From Takakia lepidozioides (taxonomy: Eukaryota > Plantae > Bryophyta): DNA of 64,000 nt. The stretch spans positions 54,870,001-54,934,000 of the forward strand of contig CM060733.1 of the NCBI GenBank assembly GCA_030704615.1, written 5' to 3'. A program made the translations under genes and the position numbers. Numbering within the stretch: position 1 is the first letter of the stretch; the number at the start of each line of letters is the position of its first letter. A model generated the notes under the pieces. The model was not told the origin of the DNA. It did not search any database and saw only the letters and a program-made list of their open reading frames with translations. Positions 11,813-24,950 of the stretch are shown here, piece by piece.

Positions 11813-13279
11813 ATGGCTGCGAGGCGTTGGCAGCTGCCAAGATGGGCACCTGGGCTGGAGCGGGTATGGTGGTGGCTGGTTGTGGTGTTGGTGGTCTCAC
11901 TAATGACTCAAAATCTGATGGGGTCCTTCACGTTGGTGCTCGCTCAAGAGTTTGAAGGATTTTTGGAGGATATGAACGATGCAGAGGAGTTGGAGACACC
12001 GATTTGGGTGCCAGCGTCGCGCACCCCAGTCGAATCTAGAAGCTTTCATAGCTCGGACCCAGGACCTCCAGTGTCTGAAAAGTCTGTGAAGAAGGAGCCT
12101 GATAGTAGAGGTACTACTACTCGGCCTCCAGGAAACCTGCCCGAATCTCCCCTGGATTATTGGGATGAAGACGAGTTTGAGGGTCTACCTGTAGATCCCC
12201 AGACGAAGCCCGTGATTGCGACCCCTGAGAAAGAAACGGAGGGGAACATTGGAGTCGGCAAGACGGAGGCCCAAAGCCCCGAGCCGAAACCCCTGCAATC
12301 TTACTACGTGGAAGCGGCATGGGTTGCATTTTTAATCGGATATGCAGTCGCGTATTATTTCGGGAAGAGGAAGAATGAGAAGATTGCACTTGCATGGGCA
12401 GGACAATTTGTGGGGAAAGACAGTATTTTCGAGAAGAATTTCAGTCTGCTCGGGACTGGTGATGGCCCAAATGATCCCTTGTTGGTAAAGGAGGGGCAAA
12501 ATGTGTTCAAATTCTATGCAAGTGGGCGCCGTTACTGTGAGTCCCTTCTTGCCACCATGCATTTGCAATTCCGGCACGACCTGATTTCGCGTGCGTGGTA
12601 TCTGATTAGTCCGAAAAAGGATGAGCTCACCATCGACGTTCTCATGAACGACGACAGTATGGATCCACTTGTCTTTGCTTTGACGCGCCGTAAGCAGGCG
12701 AAGGAGATGCACAAGGAATCAAAAGATTTGCAGCAATTTGCCACCATCCTCGCCCAAACGTCTTCGCAACGGAAATGGGTCTCCGAAGAGCTTGCTGTCA
12801 TCAGCGAATCGAGGGAGCTCGCCACCGATCTACTGACTGATGGGTTGCTGGATCAGGTATTTGGAGAAAAGGCATTCGAGAATTACTCTGCATATTTCTT
12901 GTCTCTCCACTTCACAGACCAGCATCCAGTGCGAACCCACAAGAAGATGCTGCAGTTCAAGTTTGTAATGCCACCCCAGCATCGGATGGCCGATATTGCT
13001 CGCCTTGTCTCCATTGTGCCATACTTCATTGATGCAATTGGCCGCTATAAGCTCAGTGCTCAGGCTCGCTCTAAGGCCACTACAGTGAGAGCAAAAGTCT
13101 CTCAAGAGAGCTTCAAGGAATCTGCAAAAGATCGACAGGAGGCTCTGCAACGCAAGAAATTGGAACGTCGCAAAGCAGTTGAAGATTCAGAGATGACCTC
13201 GAGCAAGCGGGAGGAGAAAGACAGACTTCGGCAGCTCAAAAAGTCCATGCCCAAGGTCAAGATGACAAGGGCACATTGA
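11813..13279 (+). CDS. CCDC47-like / DUF1682 ER membrane protein (PAT complex subunit), single exon
   Basis: 488-aa ORF with a signal peptide, acidic WDEDEFEG, one TM segment, GKRKNEKIALAW, FKFYASGRRYC and a basic coiled-coil end MPKVKMTRAH. Confidence 0.88.
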   Translation: MAARRWQLPRWAPGLERVWWWLVVVLVVSLMTQNLMGSFTLVLAQEFEGFLEDMNDAEELETPIWVPASRTPVESRSFHSSDPGPPVSEKSVKKEPDSRGTTTRPPGNLPESPLDYWDEDEFEGLPVDPQTKPVIATPEKETEGNIGVGKTEAQSPEPKPLQSYYVEAAWVAFLIGYAVAYYFGKRKNEKIALAWAGQFVGKDSIFEKNFSLLGTGDGPNDPLLVKEGQNVFKFYASGRRYCESLLATMHLQFRHDLISRAWYLISPKKDELTIDVLMNDDSMDPLVFALTRRKQAKEMHKESKDLQQFATILAQTSSQRKWVSEELAVISESRELATDLLTDGLLDQVFGEKAFENYSAYFLSLHFTDQHPVRTHKKMLQFKFVMPPQHRMADIARLVSIVPYFIDAIGRYKLSAQARSKATTVRAKVSQESFKESAKDRQEALQRKKLERRKAVEDSEMTSSKREEKDRLRQLKKSMPKVKMTRAH

Positions 13280-14629
13280 TCAGGTGTCCCAAGTTAAGCC
13301 CTATTTGCTTGTACCCCACAACTTTCTGTCTCTTCTATGATCCACAGATCAAAATTTGGGAGCCCTTTTAGTTCTGGCATCAGTCTTTAGTAAAGACCTC
13401 CTCTTTCTGTATGCTCCCTTTCTACCTCAGCTTCTTGCATTGATTGCATTGCAGTGAGATTTATAGATTTTGAAGAAACCCATTTTTTCATCTTAGACAA
13501 TCTCTGGGGTCCTTAAGTGAGTAGATACATGGTCAACCACAAATTGCGAATGTACTATCTGGTGATCTGCAGGGTGTGTATACGTTGCAACCTGAAGTAA
13601 TGATCGTGACATGGCACACGATCATTGCCCCCATTGGCTGTGTATGACTGGCAATCTGTCGCAGTATTCTGATTTTGTAGATTGATCTTGAGTAGAAAAA
13701 TTGATTGTTGTTCCTTGAGGTTGGGGATTCTAGTTGGGGTTTAACTTATGAACGGGTGGGAGAGAGAGTTTATGTGTACTTACTGTTCCGACAATCAAAG
13801 CCTACAACATACCCTTACAGCATAGTCATTGCAGGATGTCAATTTCTCTATCCGCCAGGATATGGAAAATCAGCCCAAAAATGTGATAGGACTCGACGCC
13901 CAGTTGACACTGGTCACAAGGAACTTGGTTTTGGTTGAAGTGCTGACAGATTTGACAGCATACCAGGTAGGATGATGTTGATTTGAGCACTGTGATTATA
14001 GTACTCTATTCCAACTGTGGCTGTATTCCCAGCCTTACTGTGTTACAGATGAGTTGAATAAGTGAATGTCTGGGTTAACTTCCTATGGAGCCTGAATTGG
14101 GTTTGCCACCATATCACATTTTAGGTCATAACTCTTGGAGATTTTAATGAATTTGAATGATTCCTTCTGCAATGTCAGATTCCGTCCGAGTGATCTACTG
14201 TGTGAGCCAGAATCCTTAGAAAATCAAGAGCTCAGACAATTCGTTGGCAAACCATGAGTTGATCTGTATGTGCCAAGAGTTGGGATCTTAATCAAGGTCG
14301 ATCCCGGTGTGGGATTTTCATGTTTTGTGAAATTTTCAAAGCAAGTGTGGCTTGACATGGTAATTGACATGCTTTCCAGAGGGAAATGACAAATTGATTT
14401 TCATTGGGGCTGGTTTGGAGGCTCCTTCCATGTTTTGCAACCTCCAAAATGACATTGTACAGCAGCCTATAGTCAGAACTGAAATTTTTCGCTGGAAAAG
14501 TGGGAAAACTTGCTACAAAATTGGAATATGTGAAAGACAGGCGCAGAAAAAGCTAGAGTCTAGGACAAATGCTTGGGTCTGGATTAAAGATGTGAGTTTG
14601 ATTTGGCCCCTCATTTTAAGATATTAGCA

Positions 14630-17350
14630 TTTTCTTATGCGCGAGGGCCACGGCGAGCCCCTCGCCGTTAGCCATGCCCGCGGTCCGCCGTCCGTCCTCT
14701 GTGCCGATCTGCTGCCCTCTAGTCCGCTGCCGCCAGTCCCCTGCGCAGGTCCGCTGCCCCCCAGTCCCCTAGCCTCCAGTCCGTTGCCTTGACCGGATCT
14801 GGATCGTCCATTCTGAACCCCATCCGAACCTTCCATTTTCCAGGTGCGATTGTGCGTCCGTTGCTTCTTGCACATTCTTGATCGTGTCTTGGGTGCTGCA
14901 GACTGTGACGTTCCTTATAGGTTTTGAAGCGTGTTTTGTGTACTGTACGGGGCATGGTCGTAGAAGCAAATGGCGATGAGATACAACAAATTGAAAGCCC
15001 GCTTATACGCCCTCTTCGACAAGGTTTGCAAACACCAGAACCGGGGCCCTTCAACAACAAGGACCTCCATTGGAAGATTGACACACAATGTGGGGTGCAA
15101 GTGTTTGTTTCATCAAAAGCCTGCCTACCTTCGGATAGATTGGCTAATTTTTTCCTTGGAGAGGAGAGTTTGGAGGATGGTCCCACTCAGTTTTGGGTTC
15201 ATGCTCATTGTAAAGTGCAACTTGGAACGTGAAAAGCTCCTAGAGCCAACACTTTCTTGACCAGTATCATGTGTGCACCATCTTCACAGTCCTTTTATGG
15301 TCTCATTGTATGTCTGTTGCGTTTTGTGTTTACCAGCTACTATGTTGTCATGCTTCCACAAGTCCATGGATATCGATTTTGAATTTCATGTCCAAGTATC
15401 AATGCTGCTACGGACCTGATGACAAGCGCACCAACAATGCGATTGTGGAGGATCCAAAACAGAAGCGTGGAGGACCTCATGTGGGTGTTGGGACATATCA
15501 TCCTCATAAAGGCCCAAGGAGAAAGAAGTTGGACTATGGCGAGTCTTACAAGCGTGGTTGCCAGTGTTGTTTCAAGGTCCAACAATGCTATCTTGCCCCT
15601 CACATTTGTGTCCTCATATACTACAACCATATGGAGCATGTGGATGCGCAAGGGAAACCCTCGCATGGGAGGTCGGTTGAGTTTAGGAACACCCGTCATG
15701 CATATGCACCACATATTAGCGAAGAACGTGGAGTGTTTGTGCCGAGGCTTGTCGGTCGCCAAGTGACGATGGAACATAATGAGCACGTAATGAACAGAAT
15801 TGGTTTGGGAGATGCATGGACACGTGACGATTTTCTCTTGGAGCAAGATGTCTACAACCTCATCGAGAAACGGGCTTGACTAACCTTCAGACAACACAAC
15901 AACGATGCAGAAAGTGTCTACATGTGGAAAGACCAGGATCCTGGGTCAGTTTTTTCTTTTATCAAGAAGAGATTTTGGCGCCAACATTCAAGCATTACGA
16001 TGGAGATTTGACATTTACTATTGGCATACAGATTGAGTGGCAGAAGCGGAGAATGTTGGAATTGGGACATTGCCCATATTGTTGCATGTGATCAACCTTT
16101 GGGACAAATCATCACAAGGTACTATTCATTTGATTCCATGGACTTATGGGAGCATAATAGCATAGTACCAAACTGCATTGCACGTTGCTTGTGTCTGTCT
16201 GCGCTGACCCTCTGTATATGTTTTTATGTGTACTCTGCGAAAGACCTCCTGGCAGACCGACTGTGTACCTCAGTAGTCCACTAGGACAATCTTCTTGGTA
16301 AGTTTAGTGGATTGTACTGTCCACGTCCACTCGGATAGTCCACTGTCAAAATCCACGGGCAAGTCCACTGGGACAGTCCACTAATACAGTCCGTTGGGCA
16401 AGTCCACTACAGCAGTCCTCTAGGTAAGTTCAGTGGATTGTCCAGGTCCACTGGGACAGTCCACTATCAAAGTCCATGGGTAAGTCCACTGTCAAAGTCC
16501 ACGGGCAAGTCCATTGGGACAGTCTACTAATAAGTCCGCTGGGCAAGTCCACTGCGACAGTCTTCTGGGTACGTTTAGTGGATTGTCCGAGTCCACTGGG
16601 ACAGTCCGCTGTCAAAGGACCCACGAGCAAGTCCACTGTCAAAGTCCATGGGCAAGTCCACTGGGACAATCCACTAATATAGTCCGCTGGGCAAGTCTAA
16701 TGCGACAGTCCTCTGGGTAAGTTTACTGGATTGTCTGGGTCCACTGGGACAGTCCGCTGTCAAAGTCCACGAGTAACTCCACTGGGACAGTCCACTGGCA
16801 TAGTCCACTAATACAGCCCGTTGGGCAAGTCCACTACGATAGTCCTCTGGGTAAGTTTAGTGGAATGTCCGGGTCCACTGGGACAGTCCGCTGTCAAAGT
16901 CCACGGGTAAGTCCACTGTAAAAGCTCATGGGCAAGTCCACTGGGACAATCCACTAATACAGTCCGTTGGGCAAGTGCACTGCGATAGTCCTTTGGGTAA
17001 GTTTAGTAGATTGTATGGGTCCACTGGGACAGTCCGCTGTCAAAGTCCACGACAAGTTCACTGGAACAGTCCACTAATACAGTCCGTTGGATTTGGTGGC
17101 AGGTGGCAGAAAAAAGGGTTGCAACGATGCCCTAAAATTGGAGGGCTTGGATGGGTTTACCGAATGGACAGTCCAGATATGGGGTCGGTAGCATAGTGGA
17201 TGGCAGCGGATCTGCGCAGGGGACTGGTGGCAGCGGACTGGGTGACAGGGGACCAGTGCAGCAGATTGGCACAGCGGACTGAGGGGCAGGGGACCGGCGC
17301 AGCCGATTGACATAGCGGACGACGGAGCAGCAGACTGTGGGTCATTCGTT
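14630..17350 (+). mobile_element. Decayed Mutator-like (MULE) element, family A copy 1: transposase 5' part, internal tandem array, and an inverted copy of the left-end sequence at 17090-17350
   Basis: Frameshifted peptides QCCYGPDDKR, GCQCCFKV..H..H, FTIGIQIEWQKRRMLELGH and IVACD are homologous to 41520-43010. 17202-17240 is the reverse complement of 14721-14758. Confidence 0.75.
16260..17090. repeat. Tandem array of short GTCCACT-core units with higher-order repetition
   Basis: Dozens of gtccact/gtccactgggaca/gggcaagtccac units. Confidence 0.9.
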
Positions 17351-17439
17351 CACGTATCTTCTCCGGATCGACTTAGCCAATCAAGACATAAAGGCCTTGG
17401 GGCAATACAATCTGTAATTGCCGCGGCGGATCCACGGGG

Positions 17440-18620
17440 CCAGCGGACTGTATTAATGGACTTGTCTGTGGACTTTGACAGCGGACTGTCCCAGTGGACT
17501 CAGACAATCCATTAAACTTACCCAGAGGACTTATCCAGCGGAATGTATTAGTGGTCTGTCCCAGTGGACTTGCCCGTGGACTGTCGGGCAATGCATCCGG
17601 ACAGTACAATCCACTAAACTTGCCAAGAGGACTGTCCCAGTGGACTTGCCCAGAGGACTGTCTGCCAGTGGACTTGCCTCAGAGGATTGTCCCAGTAGAT
17701 CCAGACAGTACAATCCATTAAACTTGCCAAGAGGACTGTCCTAGTGGACTTGCTCAAAGGACTGTTGCCATTGGACTTGCCTCAGAGGACTGTCCCAGTG
17801 GACTTGCCCAAAGGACTATCTGCCAATGGACTTGCCTCATAGGACTGTCCTAGTGGATTTGGCCTAGTGGCTCGACGAGTGGACTTCGACAGTTGATCGG
17901 AGGTATGGTATGTGAGACCTACCGAAATGCGTTTATTTTCATATTGGCATTGTCTACAATGAAGGCATTGGGTGGCCACTTGGCATTTTTGCGAGGAGTG
18001 TATCACGCAAGGTTGTCACCCAAGGCACCAGGTCTGTTGCGATTCTTTGCGGATTTGATATAGGCAACTAGTACACCGTTCAACCACTCGTCCCAAGGTT
18101 GCATCGTATGCAACGATACGGGCACGTCCTCATTCTAACATTCTCCGCTTCTTCCACTCAGTCTGTATTCCAATAGTGAATGTCAAATCTCCATCATAAT
18201 GCTTGAATGTTTGGCGCCAAAATCTCTTCTTGATAGAAGAAGACTAACCTGGGATTCTGGTCTTTCCACATGCGGACACTTTCCGCATCGTTGGTGTGTT
18301 TTTTGAAGGTTTGTCACTCTTGTTTCTCGACAAAGTTGCGGACATCTTGCTCCAAGAGGAAATCATCATGTGTCTATGCATCTCCCAAACTAGTTTATTC
18401 ATTACGTGCTCTTTATGTTCCATCATCACTTGGGCGACCGACAGGCCTCGGCACAAACACTCCACAATCCAGGCTTTCAATTATTCACTAATATGTTGTG
18501 CATAGGCGTCACGAGTGTCCCTAAACTTAGCCGACTTCCCATGGGAGGGTTCCCTTGTGCAACCACATGCTCCATATTGTTGGAGTACGTGAGGACATAA
18601 ATATCAGGGGCAAGATCAGG
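17440..18620 (-). mobile_element. MULE family A fragment in inverted orientation: transposase segment 18060-18615 plus GTGGAC array 17440-17890
   Basis: The minus strand reads KAWIVECLCRGLSVAQVMMEHKEHVMN...IVAYDATLG/DEWLNGV. The array is the reverse complement of the 16260-17090 motif. Confidence 0.75.
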
Positions 18621-19148
18621 GACGTTTGATTTAATTGAAAATGACATTTTGTCCCTCTAAAATATTGATAATATTTTCGCATCAACATTGAAATGATTTG
18701 CTTTATGGTGTGCCGGGGTAAGGGGCCTATTTCTGAAAAAGGGGTTAGAGCACCAAATGCAACAAAATTATTTTGTTCTAATTTTCAGTAATAGATGAGT
18801 GCATTTAGAACTCAACCCAAATTTAATCATATTTGTTATACTTGTTTTGAATTAGTTCTGAATTAGTTCTGAATTCTCAAATTTTCTGCCTGAAGGGGCA
18901 TAATCCCTAGGGATGAATAATGGATGCGCAAATAACCTATATTTGTGATTTGTGGGTGCCACTTACTCTCCTGGTAACGCTTGCCTATTCCCCATTCCTG
19001 ATCTTCACATGACACCAAGGACTTTCTCTCAACATAGGATGTGGACTAGCCTTCTATTAATGACAATTGCATTCAAGCGCACACACCCTCCCACCCCCGG
19101 CCGCACCGGGCTGCTAGTAGAACACCTGCTAACGGCTTAGCAGCCCCA

Positions 19149-19376
19149 TTTTTTTTTTTTTTTTAAAGGAAACCTGGGAGCGACTGCTCACAATTCAGGC
19201 CCTTGAGGAGGGGGAAAAATTAACCCCCTTTCAGATAAGCCATTAGGCTCACAGGTGGAAACGTCACCACCAGACCAACTGGTCACGAACAATCCACACA
19301 CCAGGCAGGGCAGCGAGTTTGAACCTCGAACCAGCAGGGCGACACACTGTGCACTTACCAGCTAAGCTACCACCTG
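19149..19376 (-). mobile_element. tRNA-derived SINE
   Basis: Minus strand: A-box TAGCTTAGCTGG (19358-19369), B-box GGTTCAAACTC (19315-19325), about 150 bp of body and an A16 tail (19149-19164). No exact TSD seen. Confidence 0.65.
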
Positions 19377-19589
19377 ATTTGCTCATTTTCCTAACAGCTG
19401 CTCCAACTAAATTAGGGCTGCGTTGCTCCGCACTACTGGCGACGAATTCTGAGAACTAAGTTCAATTTTTCACAAAAAAGGGGTGGGTCATCCCCACGGT
19501 GTTACATGCAAAGATCCCGTGTTTTGTTTTTTCTGGAAGAAAAATGGCGGATCTGCATTTCAATGTTCAATTTTCACAAGCCGCATCAA

Positions 19590-22500
19590 TCAATAACAAC
19601 ATACCCAAATACCCTTACATTCACTATATGAACTTTCAAGCATCCACCGTGGGATTGGATCTTGGTGGGTTAAGGCTAGCTTTTGACAATATTCATGCAA
19701 GTTCGTCAAGGGCTCCATCCAAAGCCACACCACGAGAAACAAACAAACATGTCCAAATTTAAGATGCTGAACAAACTTGTGCACATGACTGCCCCTCTCA
19801 TCAAGCTCATTAAAATTCGTATTCACTTCCATCTTCAAGCTTTGGAGAAGCTCCACCACCCAAACCCAGAATTATAGCAACACATAAGTCGCAGCATCCT
19901 GTTCATCCCACTTGAGGATAGATGTTGCTACACATTCAGCCATCTCCACATTGCCATGGATTCTGCAGGCACCAAGCAAGGCCTTCCACACCACAACATC
20001 TGGATTGATTCGCATTTTATTAATCAGGTACCTTGCCTCATGTAGTTGTCCCGCACGTCCAGAAGGTCCACCATGCAGCCAAAGTGCTTTACTCGCAGGG
20101 TGACACCATGATGTTGACTCAGGGAATCAAAGTAGCGTCTTCTTTCATTCAGTAGGCCAGTGTGGCTGCATGCGGAGAGAACACATATAAAGGTGATATT
20201 GTCCAGCTTCAAGCCATTCTTTTGCATTCCTTCAAATAATTGCAGGACCTCCCTATGACAACCATGCTGGGCATATCCTGCAATCATCGGATTCCACGAC
20301 ACCACATTTCATTCAGCCACATTGTCAAATACTCCCTTTGCATCCTCAATGCACCCACATTTCGCATACATGTCCACCAGGGCAGTGTCCAGAATGACAT
20401 TTGGTACAATTCCAGCTTTGATGATGTCACCATGCACCCTTTGCCCTTTTCCAGGGCTGCCAGGCTTGCACAAGCATTGCAAACACACACAAACGTGATG
20501 TGGTTGGACTTCACCCCTTACCCATCATTTGCTCATAGGTCTCCAAGGCCTCCATCCCGCACCCCTGCTGTTCATATCCTGCAAGCATGGCATTCCATGA
20601 CACCAAATCTCGTTCAGCCATACTGTTGAACACTCCCTCTGCATCCTTGATGCACCCACATTTGGCATACATGTTCACGAGGGTATTGTTCAGAATCACA
20701 TCTGGTACAATTCCAGCTTTGGCGATGCAACCATGCACCTCTTTGCCATTTTCCAGGGCTGCCAGACTTGCACACGAATTGCAAACGCACACAAACGTGA
20801 TGTGGCTTCACCCCTTCCCCGATCAATTGCTCATAGGTCTCCAAAGCCTCCATCCCACGCCCCTGCTGTGCATACCCCTGCTGTGCATCGCGTTCCACGA
20901 CACCACATCTCGTTCAGCCATGGTGTTGAAATTAACTCCCATTGCATCCTTAATGCACCCACATGTGGCATACATGTCCACCAGGGCAGTGTTCAGGATG
21001 ACATCAGGTACAATTCCAGCTTTGACGATGTCACCATGGACCTCTTTCCCCTTTTCCAGAGCTCCCAGGCTTGCACACGCATTGCAAACACAAACAAATG
21101 TGATGTGGTTGGTTTTCACCCCTTCGCACATCATTTGCTCATAGGTCTCCAAAGCCTCCATCCCGCACCCTTGCTGTGCATATCTTGCAATCATCACATT
21201 CCACGACACCACATCACGTTCAGCAATACTGTTAAACACTCCATTTGCATCCTCGATGCACCCACATTTGACATACATGTCCACCAGGGCAGTGTTCAGA
21301 ATGACATCGGGTACAATTCCAGATTTGATAATGTCACCATGGACCTCTTTGCACTTTTCCAGGGCTGCCAGGCTTGCACACGCATTGCAAATGCAAACAA
21401 ACGTCATGTAGTTGGGCTTCACCCCCTTCGCACATCATTTGCTCATAGGTCTCCAAAGCCTCCATCCCGCGCCCTTGCTGTGCATATCCTGCAATCATCA
21501 CACTCCATGACACCACATCTCGTTCAGCCATACTGTCGAACACTCCCTTCATACATGTCCACGAGGGTATTGTTCATAATGACATTTGGTACAACTGCAG
21601 CTCTGACCATGTCGCCATGGACCTCTTTGCCCTTCTCCAGAGCTGCCAGGCTTGCACACGCATTGCTAATGCATAGAAACGTGATGTGGTTGGGCTTCAC
21701 CCTTTGCCCCATCATCTGATCATAGGTCTCCAAAGCCCCCATACCACGTCCCTGCTGTGGATACCCTGCAAGCATCGTCTTCAATGACACCACATCTCGT
21801 TCAGCCATAGTGTTGAAAACTCCCTTTGCATCCTTAATGCACCCACGTTTGGCATACATGTCCACCAGGGTAGTGTTCACAATGACATCTGGTACAATTC
21901 CAGCTTTGACGATGTCACCTTGCACCTCTTTGCCCTTTTCCAGGGCTGCCAGGCTTGCAAACCCACAGATGTGATGTGGTCGGGCTTCACCCCTTCCACC
22001 ATCATTTGCTCATAGGTCTCCAAAGCCTCCGTCCCGCGCTCCTGCTGTGCATACCCTGCAAGCATCGCGGTCCATGACACCACATTTTATTCAGCCATAT
22101 TGTTGAACACTGCCTTCGCATCCTCAATGCTCCCACATTTGGCATACATGTCCATGAGGGCATTGTTCAGAATGACATCGGGTACAATTCCAGCCCTGAC
22201 AATGTCGCCATGGGCCTCTTTGCCCTTTTCCAGAGCTGCCAGGCTTGCGCATGCATTGCAAACGCACACAAACATGATGTGGTTGGGCTTCACCCCTTCC
22301 CCCATCATTTGCTCATAGGTCTCCAAAGCCTCCACCCCACGTCCCTGCTGTGCATACCCTGCAAGCATCGCGCTCCACGACACCACATCTTGTTCAGCCT
22401 GCATATTGTTGAACTTTCAAAACTGCCTTTGCATCCTTAATGCACCCACATTTGGCATACATGTCCACCAGGGCAATGTTCAGAATGACATCTGGTAGAA

Positions 22501-24950
22501 TTCCAGTTTTGACGATGTCATCATGGACCTCGCCCTTTTCCAGGGCTCCCAGGCTTGCACATGCATTGCAAACGCAAAGGAATGTGATGTGGTTGGGCTT
22601 CACCCCTTCCCCCATCATTTGCTCATAGGTCTCCAAAGCCTCCCTGCTGTGCATACCCTGCAAGCTTCGCGCTCCACGACAACACATCTTGTTCAGCCTG
22701 CATATTGTTGAAAACTGTCTTTGCATCCTTAATGCACCCACATTTGGCATACATGTCCACCAGGGCAGTGTTCAGAATGACAGCTGGTACAATTCCAGCT
22801 TTGACGATCTCATCATGGACCTCTTTCCCCTTTTCCAGGGCTCCCAGGCTTGCACACACATTGCAAACACAAACGAACGTGAAGTGGTTGGGCTTCACCC
22901 CTTCGTGCATCATTTGCTCATAGGTCTCCAAAGCATTCGTACCACACCCATGCTTGGTAAATCCTGCCAACATTACATTCCACGTGATCAAAGATGGTTG
23001 AGGCATTCTGTTGAACACTTGGTGAGCATCCATGATGTTCCCGCACTTAACATACATGTTGACAAGGGTGTTGAGTAGAAAAACATTTGGCTAATTCCAC
23101 TTTGGATAATGTGAGTGTGCACCTGCTTTCCAGCTTCAATGCCTTTCATCTTGATGCACTTATGTAAGAGACAGACATACGTATCTGAATCTGCTGAAAT
23201 GCCTCCTTGGTTTAAAGTCTCATCTTTCAGTCTGCCTGCCTCACAAAGCATCTTCACATACCCAGAATTGCCAGAAGAGGCATTGTTGACTCCCTCTCTT
23301 GATCCTCTTCCAGAAGCTGTGGTCATGGTTGAGGTGCTTGATGAGATGGAAAAACAGGGTGAAATAGGTCGAAGAAGAAGGTGCCCTCACCACATTGTCC
23401 TTGACCTTGTGTCATGACCCATGGAGGATTTGACCGACCATGAAACACCCAACTCAACTTATCACACTAGTTTCTATGCTCAATTGCATCTGCTACTCTG
23501 ATAAAAGGGGAAAACAGGTTGAAATGTGTTGAAGAATGCCTGGACTAGCAGTGCCTGATCTGTCAGTCTGCCTTCCGCACAAACATGCCCAGAAGTGCCA
23601 GAAGAGGCATTGTGGACTCCCTCTCTTGATCCTCTTTCAGAAGCTGTGGTCATGGTTGAGGTGCCTGATTCTATCAACTGTGCCGCTGCAGCTGCTGCCT
23701 TTAGTTGACCATCTACCCACGCAGGTTTATTGTAGCTATTGATCCACATGGAATCATAGGTCATCTGGAGCTTGAAGTCCGGCCCTCTTGGATGAATCTG
23801 TCCACCCACACACTATCCCTGCTCCTTCAGCTATCCATGCCTCTGCACAAATCATACATACATCCTTGCCTTGCTACTATCATGACAGCCTAGATTTGTT
23901 CTGGGAAACACCCAACTCAACTTATCACACTAGTTCCTATGCTCAATTGCATCTGCTACTCTCTGTAATCCAACAGGCATTCACCTTTTTGCCTCGATTG
24001 TCCCACCATTGACTGGGGTCAGAAAAGTATTCATTCCACAGCTTCTCCTCGTCTCTGGTACTTGTTTCTGCATACTTCCCTGTTGTCACATTGGCAGTAT
24101 CATGTCAAACTCACTCCAAACAGGGTGAAATGTGTTGAAGAAGCTGCCTTCATTAGCAGAGTAAACGTGACCCTTTCGGGTATCACCCCTTCCAGTATCA
24201 TTTGCTCATAGATCTCCAGAGCCTCCCTACCATACCCATGCTGAGCATATCCCGTGATCATGGCTTCCAAGAGACCACATCTTGTTGAGTTACATTGTCA
24301 AACACTTTGCGCGCTTCTACATTTAGCATACGGGCTGTCTCCAGAATGATAGGTCAGAAAAGTATTCATTCCACAGCTTCTCCTCGTCTCTGTTACCTGT
24401 TTCTGCATACTTCCCTGTTGTCACATTGGCAGTATCATGTCAAACTCACTCCAAACAGGGTGAAATGTGTTGAAGAATGTGCCTTCATTAGCAGAGTAAA
24501 CGTGACCATGTCGGGTATCACCCCTTCCAATATCATTTGCTCATAGATCTCCAGAGCCTACCTACCATACCCATGCTGAGCATATCCCGTGATCATCATG
24601 GCGTTCCAAGAAACCACATCTTGTTGAGTTACATTGTCAAACACTTTGCGCACTTCTACATTTAGCATACGGGCTATCTCCAGAATGATATCTGACCCAA
24701 TTCTAGCTTTGATGATGTTAGCATGTACCTCTGTGCCCTTTTCAAGAGCTTGGAGGCTCTCACACGCACGAAGAACGCCCTTGGTGTGCCGAATCGCCTC
24801 CTTGGTTCACAATGCGCAGCGCCCCTTCAGGCCATTCAAGAAAACTTCGGGTCAAGAAAGATTCTGGGTTTTCGGGCAGTCCGGGCAGGTTCGACGAAAA
24901 TTGACGACGACGAAACGTGGCGACGATGACGTGGCACTATGGCACCCTAT
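19590..24950 (-). pseudogene. PLS-class PPR (E/E+ type) RNA-editing-factor pseudogene with many frameshifts and internally duplicated 5' part
   Basis: About 10 near-identical P-L-S triplets (VVSWNAMLAGYAQQG / KPNHITFVCVCNACASL / DVILNTALVDMYAKCG). These are followed by L2-S2 (TFICVLSACSHTGL, HFGCMVDLL) and an E region (PDVVVWKALLGACRIHGNVEMA). The coding is split over many short ORFs. Confidence 0.9.
24017..24690. repeat. About 336-bp tandem duplication of a PPR fragment; 23270-23480 is also partly duplicated at 23590-23660 and 23905-23960
   Basis: GGTCAGAAAAGTATTCATTCCACAGC occurs at about 24017 and 24352. GAAACACCCAACTCAACTTATCACACTAG occurs at about 23442 and 23905. Confidence 0.85.

Noticed and set aside
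16260-17890. CRISPR-like array
   Set aside because: Degenerate tandem units without unique spacers, no cas genes, eukaryotic context.
20587-21719. Long plus-strand ORFs (185 and 328 aa)
   Set aside because: Antisense shadows of the PPR repeats.
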